64,000 bases of DNA, from contig CM052817.1 in the NCBI GenBank assembly GCA_028534125.1, positions 47,184,001 to 47,248,000 of the forward strand, written 5' to 3'. Both the position numbers and the translations under genes were made by a program. The notes below the pieces were generated by a model. It ran no database searches. It was not told where the DNA came from and saw only the letters and a list, made by a program, of their open reading frames with translations. Positions 36,824 to 50,429 of the stretch are shown here, one piece after another. Every line of letters starts with the position of its first letter. The stretch's first letter is position 1. The DNA is from Lama glama. Lineage: Eukaryota.

Positions 36824-37346
36824 ATATGAGTTATCTTTTGCTGCATAACAAATTATCCCAACATGTAATGTATTAAAACAGTTATAAATACTATCCCGTA
36901 ATTTTTGTGTTTAGGAATTTGGAAGCAGCTTAGCTGGGTGGTTGTGGCTCAAGGTCTCTAATAAGATTACAATCAAGATGTCAGCTGGAGCTGTAGTTAT
37001 CTGAAGGCTTGACTAGGGTAGTAGGATTTGCTTCCAATGTGACTCACCCTCATCACCAGTAAGCTGATCTTGGCAGTTGACAGAAGCCTTAATTCTTCAT
37101 TTAGTGGGCTTTTCGTGGGCTGCTTGAGGGTCCTTACAACATGGATGTTGGCTTGCCCAGAGCAAGTGACCTAAGAGAAAGTAAGGCAGAAGCCACAATG
37201 TTTTTTTATGATGTCATCTCAGAAGTCATGATCCATAATTTTTTCGGTATCTCTTTTATTTCCCAAGTTACCCCATTTAATGTAGGAAGACGTGGGCATC
37301 AGGAGGTGAAAATCACTGAAGGCCATCTTGGAGGCTGGTGAACACA
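36824..37346 (-). mobile_element. MLT1F-like MaLR solo LTR
   Basis: TTGCTGCATAACAAATTA..GCAGCTTAGCTGGGTGGTT..CAAGATGTCAGCTGGAGCTG..GGCCATCTTGGAGGCTGG..ACA. Confidence 0.85.
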
Positions 37347-38264
37347 GATAGATCCCTTGAAGTGCAGTTATGGGATTGTATTAACAGGTGACTTAGTAGA
37401 AAAAAATCACTTTTATTGATCATATTATTTAATATCTAGTTATGCCAATGCAACTAAATATATGCAGTCTTACATTTCCAAGTTTTCTAATCTTCTTGTG
37501 TCACTTGACCTTTAATATTTAAAAAGAGTGGTTAAATCTCCTGTCCTCACAAAGATGTCATAAGAAATTTAGAATTCTCCCCTCACACCAACTCAAGGAT
37601 TTTGAAAGTTTTACATTGTTCTGGTCACCTTTTCCTGTAATTTTACAAATCCACTGAATTCTCAGTCTTTTCTCTGTGTTTCTTTTCCTGATATTACTGT
37701 CTTCTCAAACTGCTTTGTCTCACATATGATATGACCCTCATTCCCACTTCAATGAAAGTGTTTCAAATGAAAGGCTGTTATATATTAAATATTTGGGGTA
37801 GTGAGGAGAATTATCGTCCAGCATGATATAAAAAATAGTAAGTTTAATATCAGGCATTGTTGTCCAACAATTTCATCAACTACTTCCCTCTCAAGACATT
37901 TCTTGCTGGTTATTTCCTTAGGCTCAAATTTAGAACTTCCTGTGTTTTTCCTTCCCTATTGCTGACTTACATGTCTTCTTTCTGTTTATTTTTGAGCCCC
38001 ACCTCCAGTTTATCTGAAGTAAATAAATTTTGTTTTACTTCATTATGCATAATAATTCAGCTCTCTCTCTACTATACCATTTTCTTCCAGATTCTCCAGT
38101 GAGAAGCTGCACACTTAACACTCAAGAGACCCATAAATAATTTTCCAAAGTAAAGAACTATCTTTCTTGATGCATATTATACCATTCGTCTAGTATGTTC
38201 AGTGATTTCAGTAATTTTCCCTTTTTTACAAATAGAAATATTACTTTATTTTTCTCGTTTTTTC

Positions 38265-38935
38265 TATAACTTTTAAATTTTGATATAATTTCAGACCTAC
38301 AGAAAAGCTGTAAGAATAGTAGAAAGAATTCCTATATATACTTCACTAAGTTTCTGCACATATTAACATTTTACCACATTTGCTTTATACTTCTCTTTGT
38401 GTGTGTGTGTGTGTGTGTGTGAAATTTTTTCTAAACCATTTGAGGGTAAGATGGAGACAGGATGCCCTCTTATCCATAAATGCTTTAATGTGTATATCCT
38501 AAAATAATTTGCTTACATAAACCAAGTGCAATTATCACAATTAGACAAATGACATTGATACACCATAATTGTCTAATCTATAGCCTTTATTCATATTTTG
38601 CCAATTGGCCCAAGAACATCCGTTTTAGCAAAACAAAATCCAAGATCACATGTTTAATTTGGGTGTCATGCCTCTTTGGTCTCTTCATTTGGAACAGTTC
38701 CTCAGTCTTTGTGTTTCCTGACATTGACACTTCTGAAGTGTGCAGGTCAGTTATGTTGTAGGACATCCTTTAGTTTCGGTTTGTCAATATTCTTCATGAT
38801 TAGATTCAGGTTGTTTGCTTCTGTCAGGGAGTGAATAAAGATGTGTTGTTCTCCATGGACCATATCAGGAGGTACATGGTGTTGATTTGTCCCACTGCTG
38901 GTGATGGGGGATTTGTTTTTAACTTGTTTTGATAT
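38265..38935 (-). mobile_element. L1MC4/5-type 3' end, with (GT)n at about 38398-38421
   Basis: ATAATTTCAGACCTACAGAAAAGCTGTAAGAATAG..ATTAACATTTTACCACATTTGCTTTAT..CATGATTAGATTCAGGTT. Confidence 0.8.
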
Positions 38936-39571
38936 GGTTCTAAATGTTTATATGTAATGGCATGAAGCTTTTGGAATTTCTTCACAAAGTTACTATATTG
39001 TAGTCCTGTATTTTTAAAAAACAAAAAATTGAGACTTGACTTGGGACATTTTTTTCTTTTTCTACCTATTGAAGACTATTCTAGATTTAGCTCAGATTCC
39101 CACTCCTCCATGAGGTCTTCTTTGTTAGCCCATTCAGAATTAATTTTCCCTAAACTTAAATTTTATAATTACTGAACATAATGAACCTAGTATGAGGTCT
39201 GACATATTATAAGTGCTCACTAAACATTAGTTCCTTTCTGCTTTTCTATATCTCATCTGACATCTCACATTTGTTGTATTTTAAATACTTTATTTGCATC
39301 ATGCAATTTTAAATATGAAAGCAAAATCAATCATAAGCGAATCTTAGTTTATATGAAGAAATTGAGCAAATAAAGGTTATATTACTCCAGAACTAGTATC
39401 TGGAGTTCCTAGAATCTTAGAATTTTAAAACGGACAGATTTTTGCTTCTTGGGGATGCTATAGGGACAAAGTAGTATGTGTAGCAGTTGTAGATCTAGGT
39501 TCCTGCCAGCCAGTTCAACAAAGCTTCTCTGATTTTGTCTATTTTATATGTTGGGTTTCTATGTCAGAACT

Positions 39572-40660
39572 CTGCCATTTCATACTGTCTGAATTTCAAT
39601 TGTGTTTTTATGTAGGTTAATTATGTTTCTTGACCTTGGAGAAGTGGCCTCTGTAGGAGAGGTACTGTGCATCCCAGCAGTGCACTCTTCTCTTGTCACC
39701 CAAGAACCAGGGTCCAGCCAGTAGCGGTGTAGAGTCTGGCCTGCATTTGCAAGTTCCTTCCACAGGCTTTGGGATTGTTGTTTTCTTACTTCTGGTGCCT
39801 GTCCCCTGGTGGGTGAGGCTGGACTAGAGGCTTATGCATGTTTCCTGGCAGGAGGGGTTGGTGCCTGCCCAGTGCTGGGTGGAGGGTCCTGGCCCTCTGG
39901 TGGGTAGTGCCATGTCTAGAGGTAGCTGTGGACTCAGGAAGTCTGCTGACAGGTGGGGCTGTGTTCTCACCCAGTATGTTATTTGGCCTGAGGCTTCTCA
40001 GCACTTAGGCCTACGGGCTATTTGGTGGGGCTAGGTCTTGGCGCTAATGACCCAATCAAGATGCTAGCCTCCAGGGAAGCTCATGTAGATGAACACAACC
40101 CAAATGTCTGCCACTAGCTTTTACAGCCCCAGGGTGAGCCACAGCCACCCCCTAACTCCCCAGGAGAACTTCCAAAACTAGCAGGCACGTCTAGCTCAGT
40201 TTCCTATGATATCACTGCCTCTGCCCTTGGTCCCAGCTCATGCAAGATTCTGTGTGCACTTCCCAAGAGAATGAAGTCTCTGTTTCCCCCAGTCCCATAG
40301 AGCTGCTTCAGTTAAGCCCCTCTGGCCTTCAAAATCAGATGTTCTGGGGTCTCCTCTTCCCAATGCGAGAACCCTGGCCTGGGGAGCCTGATGTGGGGCT
40401 CAGAACTCTCACTTCTGTGGGAGGGCCTCTGCAACTTAATTATTCTTCAGTTCGTGGGTCGCCCATCCAGGGGGTATGGGGCCCAATTTTATCACGAACA
40501 TGCCTCTCCTACTGTCCTGTTGTGGTTCCCTCCTTTATGTTTCCAGTGGAAGAAGATCATTTTTGCTAGGTTCCAGTCTTTTTTTTTTTTTTTGATGGTT
40601 GTTTAGCAGTTAGTTTTGGTTTGTTGTAGTTGTGAGAGGAGGCGAGCTCGTGGTCCTACT
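39572..40660 (-). mobile_element. Isolated L1 5'UTR plus start of ORF1
   Basis: Homologous to the 5'UTR at about 26650-27720 (CTTGGAGAAGTGGCC, CCTGATGTGGGGCTCAGAACTCTCACT, GAGAGGAGGCGAGCTC); no ORF2 or tail. Confidence 0.85.
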
Positions 40661-40869
40661 AGGGGTTTGTTCTTCCCTTGAGGTATTTCAACCCAAGGCT
40701 GAAAAAAGTACCAAGAACTATTACAAAAAAAAGGGACTCAGCTGCTAAAAAGAAAACAAAAAATAGAAATATGAAAACAATTGCTTTATCCCTTATCAAC
40801 CAATGCCAAACCCCTGCCAGAGGTTATATAATCTGTATTTTAGGTCCTAGAGATAAAGAACTTACTGAC

Positions 40870-40990
40870 TACTCATTCAGTGAAACTTTACTGGGCACTT
40901 TCCACATACCAAGCATTTAGTAGGCATTGATCATACAAAGATGAACAAGACATAGATAAATACTGCTCTCATATAGCTGATAGATTTAAA
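40870..40990 (-). mobile_element. L2 3' end
   Basis: CTCATTCA..TTTACTGGGCACTT..CCAAGCA..ATACAAAGATGAACAAGACATAG. Confidence 0.7.
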
Positions 40991-40999
40991 ACTTAGAAA

Positions 41000-41165
41000 G
41001 CCCTTTTTAATATCAAGTTGAAGTCTACTTACTTGTAATTCTATCCTCAGGGTCCACAAAGAAAAGGCCAACTGCCTAATCTACATAAAACTCAAATTTA
41101 CAAAGACAGGTTAATATTATTTTTTCTTCTCCAGGGTAAAACTTCCAAAGCCCTTCAACTATTTT
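41000..41165 (-). mobile_element. CR1/L3 fragment
   Basis: TTCTATCCTCAGGGTCCACAAAGAA..TCTTCTCCAGGGTAAAACTTCC..CCCTTCAAC. Confidence 0.55.
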
Positions 41166-41179
41166 TTGTGTGTCTATTT

Positions 41180-43395
41180 TTTTTTAAACCTTCATTTTTT
41201 TCTGGGAAGTTTCAAATTTACAATAAAACTGAAAGGAAGGTACAGAGATTTCTCATGTACACCCTAACCCTGACACATTCTGAGCCTGCCCCATATCACT
41301 CACTAGAATGGTATTTTTTTTTTAACCATAATTACCCAAAGTCCATAGTTTACCTAAAGTTTCACTCTTGGGCATTCACTGAGTTTGGAAAAATTATAAT
41401 TGCACACATTTATTATTAAAATATCATACACAGTATTTTCACTGTCCCCAGAATCCCCTGTGCTCTGCCTTATCTCTCTCTCTGACCTTGTCCTCCCTAT
41501 CCCTGGAAACCACTGACTTTTTTATTGTTCATAGTTTTGCTTTTCCCAGAATGTCATGTAATTGGAATCACAGAGTATGTCACCTACTCAGATTGACTCT
41601 TTTCACTTAGTAATATGCATTTAAGGTTCTCCATGGCTTTTCATGGCTTGATAGCTCAGTTCTTTTTAGCACTGAATGAGCACCATTGTCTGAATGAACC
41701 ACAGTTTGTTTATCCACTCACCTAATGAAGGATATCTTGGTTGCTTCAACTTTTGGCCATCCATGCAGGCTTTTGAGTGGACATAAGTTTTCAGCTCCTT
41801 TGCGTTAATACCAAGGAGTGCAATGCTAGATCATATGGTAAGAGTATATTTAGTTTTGTAAGAAACCACCAAACTAGCCTTCCAAAATAGTTGTACTATT
41901 TTGCCTTCCCACCAGCAATCTATGAGGGTTTCTGTTGTTCCACATCTTTGCCAAGCTTTGGTGGTGGGCCAGATTTTGGCCATTCTAATGGGTGTGTAAG
42001 GGTATCTCATTGCTGTTTTAATTTGCATTTCTCTGATGACGTATGATACGAAGCATCTTTTTTATGTGCTTATTTGTCATCTATACATCTTTGGTGAGAT
42101 GTATGTTAAGGTCTCTGGCTCAGCCTTGCATACCTGGGATAGATCCCACTTGGAGGTCACAGTATATAATTATTTTTTATACTTTTTTGGATTTGATTTG
42201 CTAATATTTTGTTGAAGATTTTTACATCTGTGTTAATGAGATTTGTTTCTCTTGTAATGTCTTTGTCTGGTTTTAATGTTAGGGTAATTTTTCCCTAATA
42301 GAGTGAGTTAGAAGACATTCCCTCTCTTTTGTTTTCTGAAACAGAATGTAGACACATGGTATAAATTCTTTCTTAAATATTTGGTAGAATTCACCAGTGA
42401 ACCCTTTTGGCCTGGTGTTTTCTGTTTTGAAAGCTTATTAATTATTGATTCTATTTCTTTAATAGATATAGGCCTATTCAGATTATTTATTTCTTCCTGT
42501 GTGAGTTCTGGCAGATTTTGTCTTTCAAAGGAGTTGGTCCATTTCATCTAGGTTTTCAGATTTGTGGGCCTAGACTTGTTCATGGTATTCTTTTATTATC
42601 TTTTTAGTTTCTGTGGGTAATGAAAGTGATATTTTCCTTCCATTTCTGATGTTAGTAATTTGTGTCCTCTCTCTTCATTAGCCTGGTTTGTAGATTTTAT
42701 TGATCCTTTAAATTAAATTAATTTTGAGTTTCATTGATTTTCTGTGTTGCTTTCCTGTTCAGTTTTATTGATTTCTGCTCTAATTATTATTATTCCTTTT
42801 TTTCTGATTACCATGGATTTAATTTTCTCTTTTTTCCTAGTTTTCTAAAATGGTACTTAGATAACTGCTTTTAGATATTTCTTCTTTTCTAATATATGCA
42901 CTTAATGCTATAATTTTCCCTCTAAGCACTACTTTCACTACATCCCACAAATTTTGGTAAGTTGTGTTCTCAATTTGATTTAGCTCAAAATATTATAAAA
43001 TTTCTCTTGAGATTACTTCTTTGGTCCATGTGTTGTTTAGAAATATGTTGTTTAATCCTCATGTATTTAGGAATTTTCCAGTTACCTTTTTTTTAGTTAT
43101 TTCAAGTTTAATTCCTTGTGGTTTGAGAACAGTAATTGTATGATTTTTATTCTTTTAAATTTATTAGGATGTATTTTATGGCTCATAATGTGGGCTATCT
43201 TGGTGAAAATTCCAATGTGAACTTGAGAAAAATGTGTATTCCGCTGTTGTTGAAGTAGTCCACTGATGTCAATGTATACAATTGACTGATGGTATTATTG
43301 AGTTCAACTACACCCTTCCTGATTTTCTGCCTGCTGGATCTGTCTATTTCTGAGAGAAGGGGATTGAAGTTTTCAACTATGAGAGTGGAGTCATG
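41180..43395 (-). mobile_element. L1MC-type element with internal ORF2 deletion at about 42120
   Basis: ORF2 pieces MQIKTAMRY.YTPIRMAKI, LPELTQEEINNLNRPISIKEIESII and IVENFNPLLSEIDRSSRQKI in the ORF track; L1MC-type 3'UTR at 41180-41600. Confidence 0.9.
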
Positions 43396-45199
43396 CTGAG
43401 AATTCAAGTATGAGTGAGATACTTTTCTCAAATAGTTTATTTTGTGGATATAAAGGAAGAAAATTCTGTTGCTTTGTTTTTGTGATTGGACAGCTAATCT
43501 AACTCCTTGGAGTAGTAGGGTTATTTCCTGCTCATGCTGGTGTTTGTGGTTTGCTCTTTCATTGCAGGCCACTGACAATCTGAGAAACAATTCACTTTTT
43601 GCCTCTTTTTGATAACACTCAGCAATAAGAACACTATGACTAGGTATTGGATTTAGCAAACACATCCTCAAAGTATTTCTTCCAAAACATCTAAAAAATA
43701 TTTTGGAATTTGTAGGATCCCCCCCCAAAAAAACATATTCAGAACATTTTCCCTCTGGATTTCTAAATTCTGATTCATTTACATATAACTCAGCCCAGCA
43801 TTATTTTGTGACAGTGGTTTGAAGCTCAAGAATTTTCCTGAGTTTCTGGTATTTACTCTTTTTCAGTCCTAAACCCCAACTTCCCCCAACATCCAAACAA
43901 AGAAATCCTATTATGTCTACACAGCCCTTGAATATTCAAGTTCTGCTTAAAACCAAAAATTCAGAAAGCCTGGGGTCAAAGGTATATGTTCGCAGCCCTA
44001 TTCCACATTTGCCCCTCCTGTTGGGTGAATTATGTTTTAGAAAAACCAGAGGTAGGGAAGGAACGGAAGGCAATTTCTTTCTACCAATGCTTTGGCACAT
44101 TCATGCTCTGCTGGATCTTACCCACATGCAAATATGATCATAAAGACAGAGCAGGACATTCTTTTTCCTTGAAGAATATGCTGGCATGAGTATTTTTGTT
44201 GGAACTTGGGTTTTTGTAAAAACTGTGCTGAATCAGAAGAAGAAAGCTGTGATGGAAAGTATCAGCGTCATTCTGCCTTCCTCTCCTTTCCATCCCCGAG
44301 AAATTAAAAACAAAAAACAAAAAGCAAAAAACCCACAGAGAATTCACGCACATTCCAAGAGAGTTGGTCATTATTCTGTTTTAGCAGCCCTTGAACTTTA
44401 TAAACAAGTATCCAGAGTAACCTGGTGGAGTCTGTAGTTTCCTATCTTTTTGTCTGCTGGTTGCTCCTGTTATTACTGTGGCCATTACCATTATTATTAA
44501 GGCAGGCATCTCACCATGTTTTCAAACAAAAGCCTGGCTACCTTTCTGAAAATTTTGTAAGAACTAAGCTCCCTATAAAATTTTAAGGAGACATTCTAAA
44601 ATTAAAACTGCACCGGTTCAATCTGAACTCCATTAATGGCCTCCTTGAAGCCAAACACAGTCTTGCAAAGCCTATTGGTGTGAGCTGGAGACTCTGAAGG
44701 CCCACATAGGGTCTGAGATTCCAAAAATGCCTCACTCAAGTTGGCATCCTTCCCTGAACTGTGCTGTTTGAGGCCTTTGCTGGGTTCAGGTAAAATTCAC
44801 ATCTTGTTTCTTTCTCTTGATTCTGTCAGCTAAGAAGAAATACAAGACAGTGCTAGCCTGCCTGGAGACTTAGCAATCAGGTGAAAGGCCTTCTTTCTTG
44901 GCAGGACTGAGAGAGCTTTTCTGCTTGCTGCATCCATTTAGCAGAATGTCCTGATGCTATTCTGTGACATAGGCATTTATGGCTCCTTAATTAAAAATGC
45001 ACGTTCTCTCATTCTATGGCCAAATATATAACAAGGGATCCATGGGAACTCAAATTCTTCACTGGGTCTGGAAGGTAACTGCATCTTCCTGGACAGGAGA
45101 ATTTATGAAGGAACTTCTGATCCCTAGTCTTGAGGATCAGATCCAGTGATGAATAGGCTCACTTTTGAATGGCCTGCTTCCAGCTCTAATAGGAATGGC

Positions 45200-46300
45200 T
45201 TTCATTTACCCATTCAACCAGTACTTGTAGACAGTTTCTTATGTGCCAGACAGAATCCTAGGTTCTGGAAAAATAACGATGAACAAGACAGACAAAACAG
45301 ATCCCTCAAGGAACTTGTAATAGAATGATGGAGATGCACAGAATTTTTTATAGTGCTTTGGATAACTCCTATAAAGAAAATTAAAGCAAGATAACAGAAT
45401 GGAAAATGATGAGATATGTATATGTGTAGTAGATGTGGTAGCTATTTTAGATATGGTAATCAGGGAAGAACTTCCAAAGGAGTTGGCACTTAAGAGGTAT
45501 GTGGACACAATGAGAGAATGAACCCATTCTCTCATGAAATGTCTAGGAGAAATCTATTCCAGGGAGAGAACAGTAAAGGCTGGTGCCCTGAAGTTGGGAT
45601 GAGCCTGTACACTTGAGGAACAACAAAAATCTCAGTCTAGGGAAAAAGGAGTTGAAATAGGAGAAAATATTAGAAGATGAGGTTAAAGCATGTGGTGGTA
45701 TATCAATAACTGGCCCCAGTCCTTTACCTCTCACTGTCTCATTGAGATTACAATGTATCTTTTGCTCTTCAACCTTGGGATCATCCACATAATGTTCTTT
45801 GGCTAATGGCAAGTGGGCAGAGAGGACAGGATGCCAGTTTTGACCAGAGATTTAAGAAGTCGGGCATATTTCCATTTCTACTGCAGCTAGTTCATTGGTC
45901 CCAGGAGAAGGATGAGAGACGCATGTGGAACCTTCTAAACTGTTGCAGCCTGAAGCAGTTCTGCTCCAGTGAGACCAACTCAGCCAACTAGCAGATCTAT
46001 GAGAATAAATGATTGAAATCCTTGAGTTTTGTGGTTGTTTTTAAAGTATTATTATGGCAATGGCTAACCAATGCAGGGACCTGATCAACTAGGATCTCAA
46101 GGGCCTTATTAAGAAGTTGGACACTCCTCTAAAAGTAATGGAAAACCACTGGATGGTACTAAGTTAGGAAATGACACAACTTGAATTAAGTTTTTACAAG
46201 ATTGGTAAGTTTTAAAATCTCTTTACTCTCTGAAGAACAGCCTGTAGAAGAAAAGTGACATAAAGCAGTTGAGGAGTTTCAAGAGAATGATGTTGGCGGC
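45200..46300 (-). mobile_element. L2 3' portion interrupted by an MLT1 LTR
   Basis: CATTCAACC..TATGTGCCAGAC..GATGAACAAGACAGAC..CCCTCAAGGAACTT; resumes at 46076 with AGGGCCTT..AAGAAGTTGGAC..AATGGAAAACCACTGGA. Confidence 0.8.
45691..46075 (+). mobile_element. MLT1G/H-like MaLR solo LTR
   Basis: TGTGGTGG..TTTGGCTAATGG..GAGAATAAATG..GAGTTTTGTGGTTGTT..ATGGCAATGGCTAACCAATGCA. Confidence 0.8.
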
Positions 46301-46589
46301 TGAGACAATCTCGTTTATTAAAGACTTGTGATTTTCTTAACTAGCATGCCTCTTGCTGTAGCATACCCAGTCTGAGCCATTAGGACTATGATCTTTCCTT
46401 CATATTGGAGGCAGGAAACACAGAGCTTAACATTAGGAAGAATCTCTTCCGATGACAGTTTTTAAGTATAAAAAGGGAGAAGCCAGATAATGGAGAAAGA
46501 AACCAAATGTCTTTTTGGTCCTACATTTAAAGGCCTCAAGAACAATACAGATATAACGTGGTAAGAAGGAGAAAGATTCAGAGAGAGAG

Positions 46590-46790
46590 AGCACTTGGAT
46601 AGTCAGCGGTCAGGATAACTAATGTCTTGCTGTTGTCTCTAAATAATCTTGAGCAAGTGGAAGTCTTAGATCTTTCTCAGATTTCCATTTACCGACAGAA
46701 AAATGGGATAATAACCACCTAACCTACTTATAAGTTTATCGCAAGGATATTGTGTATGCTAAGGCACTTTGAAGAAAAGTATACAATGCC
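46590..46790 (+). mobile_element. MIR SINE
   Basis: CTTGAGCAAGT..CTCAGATTTCC..AAAATGGGATAATAACCACCTA. Confidence 0.7.
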
Positions 46791-48084
46791 ATTCCTATGG
46801 AAAGTACAATTATCAACTTGAAAACCAGTCAAGGTCTTTGCTGGTGAGAGACAATTTAAACATATAAAAAGTCCTGCTAATTTACTTTAAGTATTGTGAT
46901 TACTAACATATCTAGGAAATTTCCATTTTTATTGAATATAAATTAGAGTAAATCTGAGCAAATGTGACCCACTGTGTCTGCTCTTCTATTTAAATTTTGA
47001 GCTAATATGGCTTGACACCATAGTAAAAATACACCAGACTTAAAGATGTTTTACCATTACAGAGATATTAGGGAAGGATGTAAACTTTTTTGGATTTTTT
47101 TCTGTATTAAAAGAAGAATTAAATCAAAAAGTAAAATTTAAATGCTTTTTTTTTCTCTCTCAGAAAAACACACACACACACAAAACACAAACTACCCAAA
47201 TTGCTGATGCTTCCTCAAGTCTAGGAGTAACTTCACCCACAGCACATGTGTCGTCTGTTCTAATGCTTGTCCTGAAAGAGAAGGCAAGAAATCATAAGCA
47301 CTCCCATGCATGCTTTTCAGTCTCTCCTGCCCACTTTTCTATAATCCCTATGCCATTTGAGGGAAAATTCTCCTCCGCTTACAAAGCCAACTATAATATC
47401 TTCATGTGAACTGACATTTTTAAACCAAACTGCCTACTTACATTTTATCATTTGATCAAAAATACTCTTGATCTTGTGTTCCAGATTAAACCAAAATGAG
47501 GCCATAAATGGAAAAGTTGGGCGAGGCAATGAGGACATTGTCCAGAGGAGTATGACCTGGCCAATTGGCTTTCCTTCTCAGGTAATGGGGAATTTTGGAC
47601 TTGCCATCAGAGGTGACCAAAAGGTGTAAGTTTTTCTTCCTCTCCCTCACCATTTCATGTCCTATAAGGCAGAAGGGAGTTCTGGAGGGAGCCTGCTCTC
47701 TGGTTTGGGATTCAACTCTCTTTTCTGGTACTGTATTTATGACTGTGACTGGGGCCCCTCACCAGGAACATAGTTACCCTGTGCAAACTGACAGGGGACT
47801 CTGTGTTGGTTCTAATCATGAAATAGCAACAAGGCCTTCCTCTCATTAGCTTTCTGGCCTTCGGATCATCAGATGTTGTAGGAAATTATGGGTGTAGAGG
47901 TCAAACCATTTTCCTAAGAGCTAAGAGATAAAAGTGCGAGTGTTGCCATGACTACCACTCCTCACCAGCAGCTGGGAGGGAAACTAATGACTTTTTCTTT
48001 ATAATGTTAGTAGTTTAACAGTCCTTTTTTGACTGAGTTGTTTCTTTCTTGGTTTCATATTTGTTTTGACTTTTTTGCACCAAT

Positions 48085-48240
48085 TTGTAGCACTTCATGA
48101 GCTATGGTCTTTGAACTTCAAGAAAAATGTATGCATAATTTTGTGTGTAAATTACATACATTGTGGTGGATTGAGGATCAGAAGCTTTATGATATTTTCA
48201 AAGAGGTCTGTGATGCAAAAAATGGGTTGAGTACTATTAA
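48085..48240. mobile_element. MER103-like hAT-Charlie fragment
   Basis: AGCTTTATGATATTTTCAAAGAGGTCTGTGATGCAAAAAATGGGTTGAGTACTA. Confidence 0.6.
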
Positions 48241-48462
48241 CCTGGATAATAAAGTTGTCACTTATATAGTCAGCAGTAGGACATTAGCCTTAAGCCATTA
48301 GGGTGCCATCTGATTAATGGGATGTAATAAAAGCTGGGGCAGCTACCCGCTTTGCTAAGGGAATTGCTCCAGATTCCATCACCCAATTACTTTTGAACTC
48401 GAACTCTCTTGTCCTCCTTTCTTTCATAGTCTAGAATCCTTTGGCTTAGAACCTGGATACTT

Positions 48463-48607
48463 CTCTTTTTTTTAAAATTTGTTTTAGGGGGAAGGTAGTT
48501 AGATTTGTTTGTTTGTTTGTTTGTTTTTAATGGAGGTACTAGGAACTGGGTATAGGACCTTGTGCACACTAAGCATGCACTCTACCTCTGAGCTATACCC
48601 TCCCCAA
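48463..48607 (-). mobile_element. Camelid tRNA-derived SINE (vic-1 type)
   Basis: Reverse complement GGGGAGGGTATAGCTCAGAGGTAGAGTGCATGCTTAGTGTGCACAAGGTCC..AGTACCTCCATTAAAAA(CAAA)n..TAACTACCTTCCCCC; TSD CTGGATACTT at 48453-48462 and 48608-48617. Confidence 0.9.
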
Positions 48608-49266
48608 CTGGATACTTTTTTAAAAGCTTCTTACCTTATTATTGATAAGTCATTTGAACAGCCTGTCCTTTTTATTTGTACCTTCTTTGCACCAAAATCA
48701 AAACAGGGGACAGGAATTGAGAATGGCTAGTAAGAGGTTGAAGGGAAGAATGAGAAACTGGAACCCTTTCCTTTGTTCTCAGTTAGTCTTCCTTGATGTC
48801 ATTTCCCAGTTCTGACTCCAGAGCCACAGATTTTAAGGTTCCAGGCCCAATGACTTCCTGGGAAGGAAATTTTGATGTGTAATACAAATTTTAGTGGGTC
48901 TAAGAATAAAAAGGCTTTTCAGATCTGTCTTACTTTGACTAATTCAAGGACTCCATTCCAACCACACGTGCCATATGGAGAATGTTTCTTTCAATGTCTA
49001 ACACACAAATGGGTTACCTCCCTCTCTCTACTTGGATTGACTAGATTGGCCCCAGAAGTCATCTGTAGCTGGTTTGGAGTTTCCTGTTGTCTGGTTTCCT
49101 GAAGATAAATCTTTCTTTCTAGGGCTCCTTGGACTATAGGAAGGTTGTATCTTGGCTTCTTTGAACCTCCCTCTCCTCCTCTTGAAATGCTTCATCAGGC
49201 AGGATCTAACAGCAGCTCTTTCTGACTTCCTGAAACATGTCTATTTAGCAGGTTATAACTTCTTTT

Positions 49267-49535
49267 TAAAAAAATGATTCTTTATAAATTTTTATTTAAA
49301 AATTTTTAATTGAAGCATAGTTGATTTATAGTGTCAGTTTCAGTTGTACAGCAAAATGATTCATATATATATATATATTACATATATATACACACACACA
49401 CACATATATATATATATATGTTCTTTTTCAATTTCTTTTCCACTATAGGCTATTACAAAATATTGAATATAGTTCTGTGTGCTATACAGTAGGTCCTTGT
49501 TGTTTATCTATTTTATATATAATAGTGTGTGTTTG
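49267..49535 (-). mobile_element. Short L1 3' end with (TA)n(CA)n(TA)n microsatellite and 13-bp TSD
   Basis: ATTGAATATAGTTCTGTGTGCTATACAGTAGGTCCTTGTTG; TSD TATAACTTCTTTT at 49254-49266 and 49536-49548. Confidence 0.92.
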
Positions 49536-50429
49536 TATAACTTCTTTTCTTGATCTTCTCTTTGGAAGTAATCCGATGGATGAAAGAACCTCAGAATGTT
49601 TAGGCATTTCTTGCCTTTAGACATTCCAGAAATAAGTGCTGGTTATTAATTTAGGAATTCTCAGCCTTGTTCGCAAAGACCAAAATGCATGAATTTGGAA
49701 TAATAATAAAGATTGTTTTGAAGCTAGGAGAAAAATGACTTTTTTTCAAGTATCACTAGAAAATATAGGGTGAAATTTGGCCATATAACTTATTCTTCAA
49801 AGGAAAGTGGATCCTTTATGCCATGTAACGACTCTCTGATATCTGAAGGCCAAGCTAGAAGCAAACTCTATTCATATTCTAGTCCTTATTCTGTCATGTC
49901 GACTGTGGCCATTTTGGTTTTTAATTTTTAATGATGTTTTGGGTCTCATAATTTCTTAGCTGGAACGCTGGAGCTACTATAACTTTTGCACCTTTAAAAT
50001 ATTTCTTGATACAGAAACACACTTGAACATATAGACTTCACACAGCCACTGAATATTATACAGAAGGCATATTTTGCCATCTTCTGAAAAATCTAAGCTA
50101 TTTTATAAGAGTGAGCTCTTTTATGAAGTCATATTAATGTTTCCAAGTTCCTTGGTTGCCATTTAGGACACTGAACCAAGAGTAACAATTTAGTATTTAT
50201 AAGAAGCCAAAAAAACCTGGAGAGAGAGGGAAATAGAATAGAGCATATGTCAGTGGTAACATGAATTATCCTGATGACATATTTCAACAAAATGTTTACT
50301 TCAGAGCACTTTGTTCAGTGGAATTGAGTTAAAAAGTTGCCAACCAAAATGGTTAATTAGTGTCTAATCAAGACAGCTAAAATGAATAGTTGGTTCCCAT
50401 CTTTGAGCATGTACCATGTCTAAAGAGTG

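Noticed and set aside
43195..43728. 177-aa minus-strand ORF
   Set aside because: Chance fusion of unique sequence with a decayed L1 endonuclease segment; no gene-like context
48535..48607. tRNA-like sequence
   Set aside because: Head of a SINE with tail and TSD; B-box degenerate; not a tRNA gene
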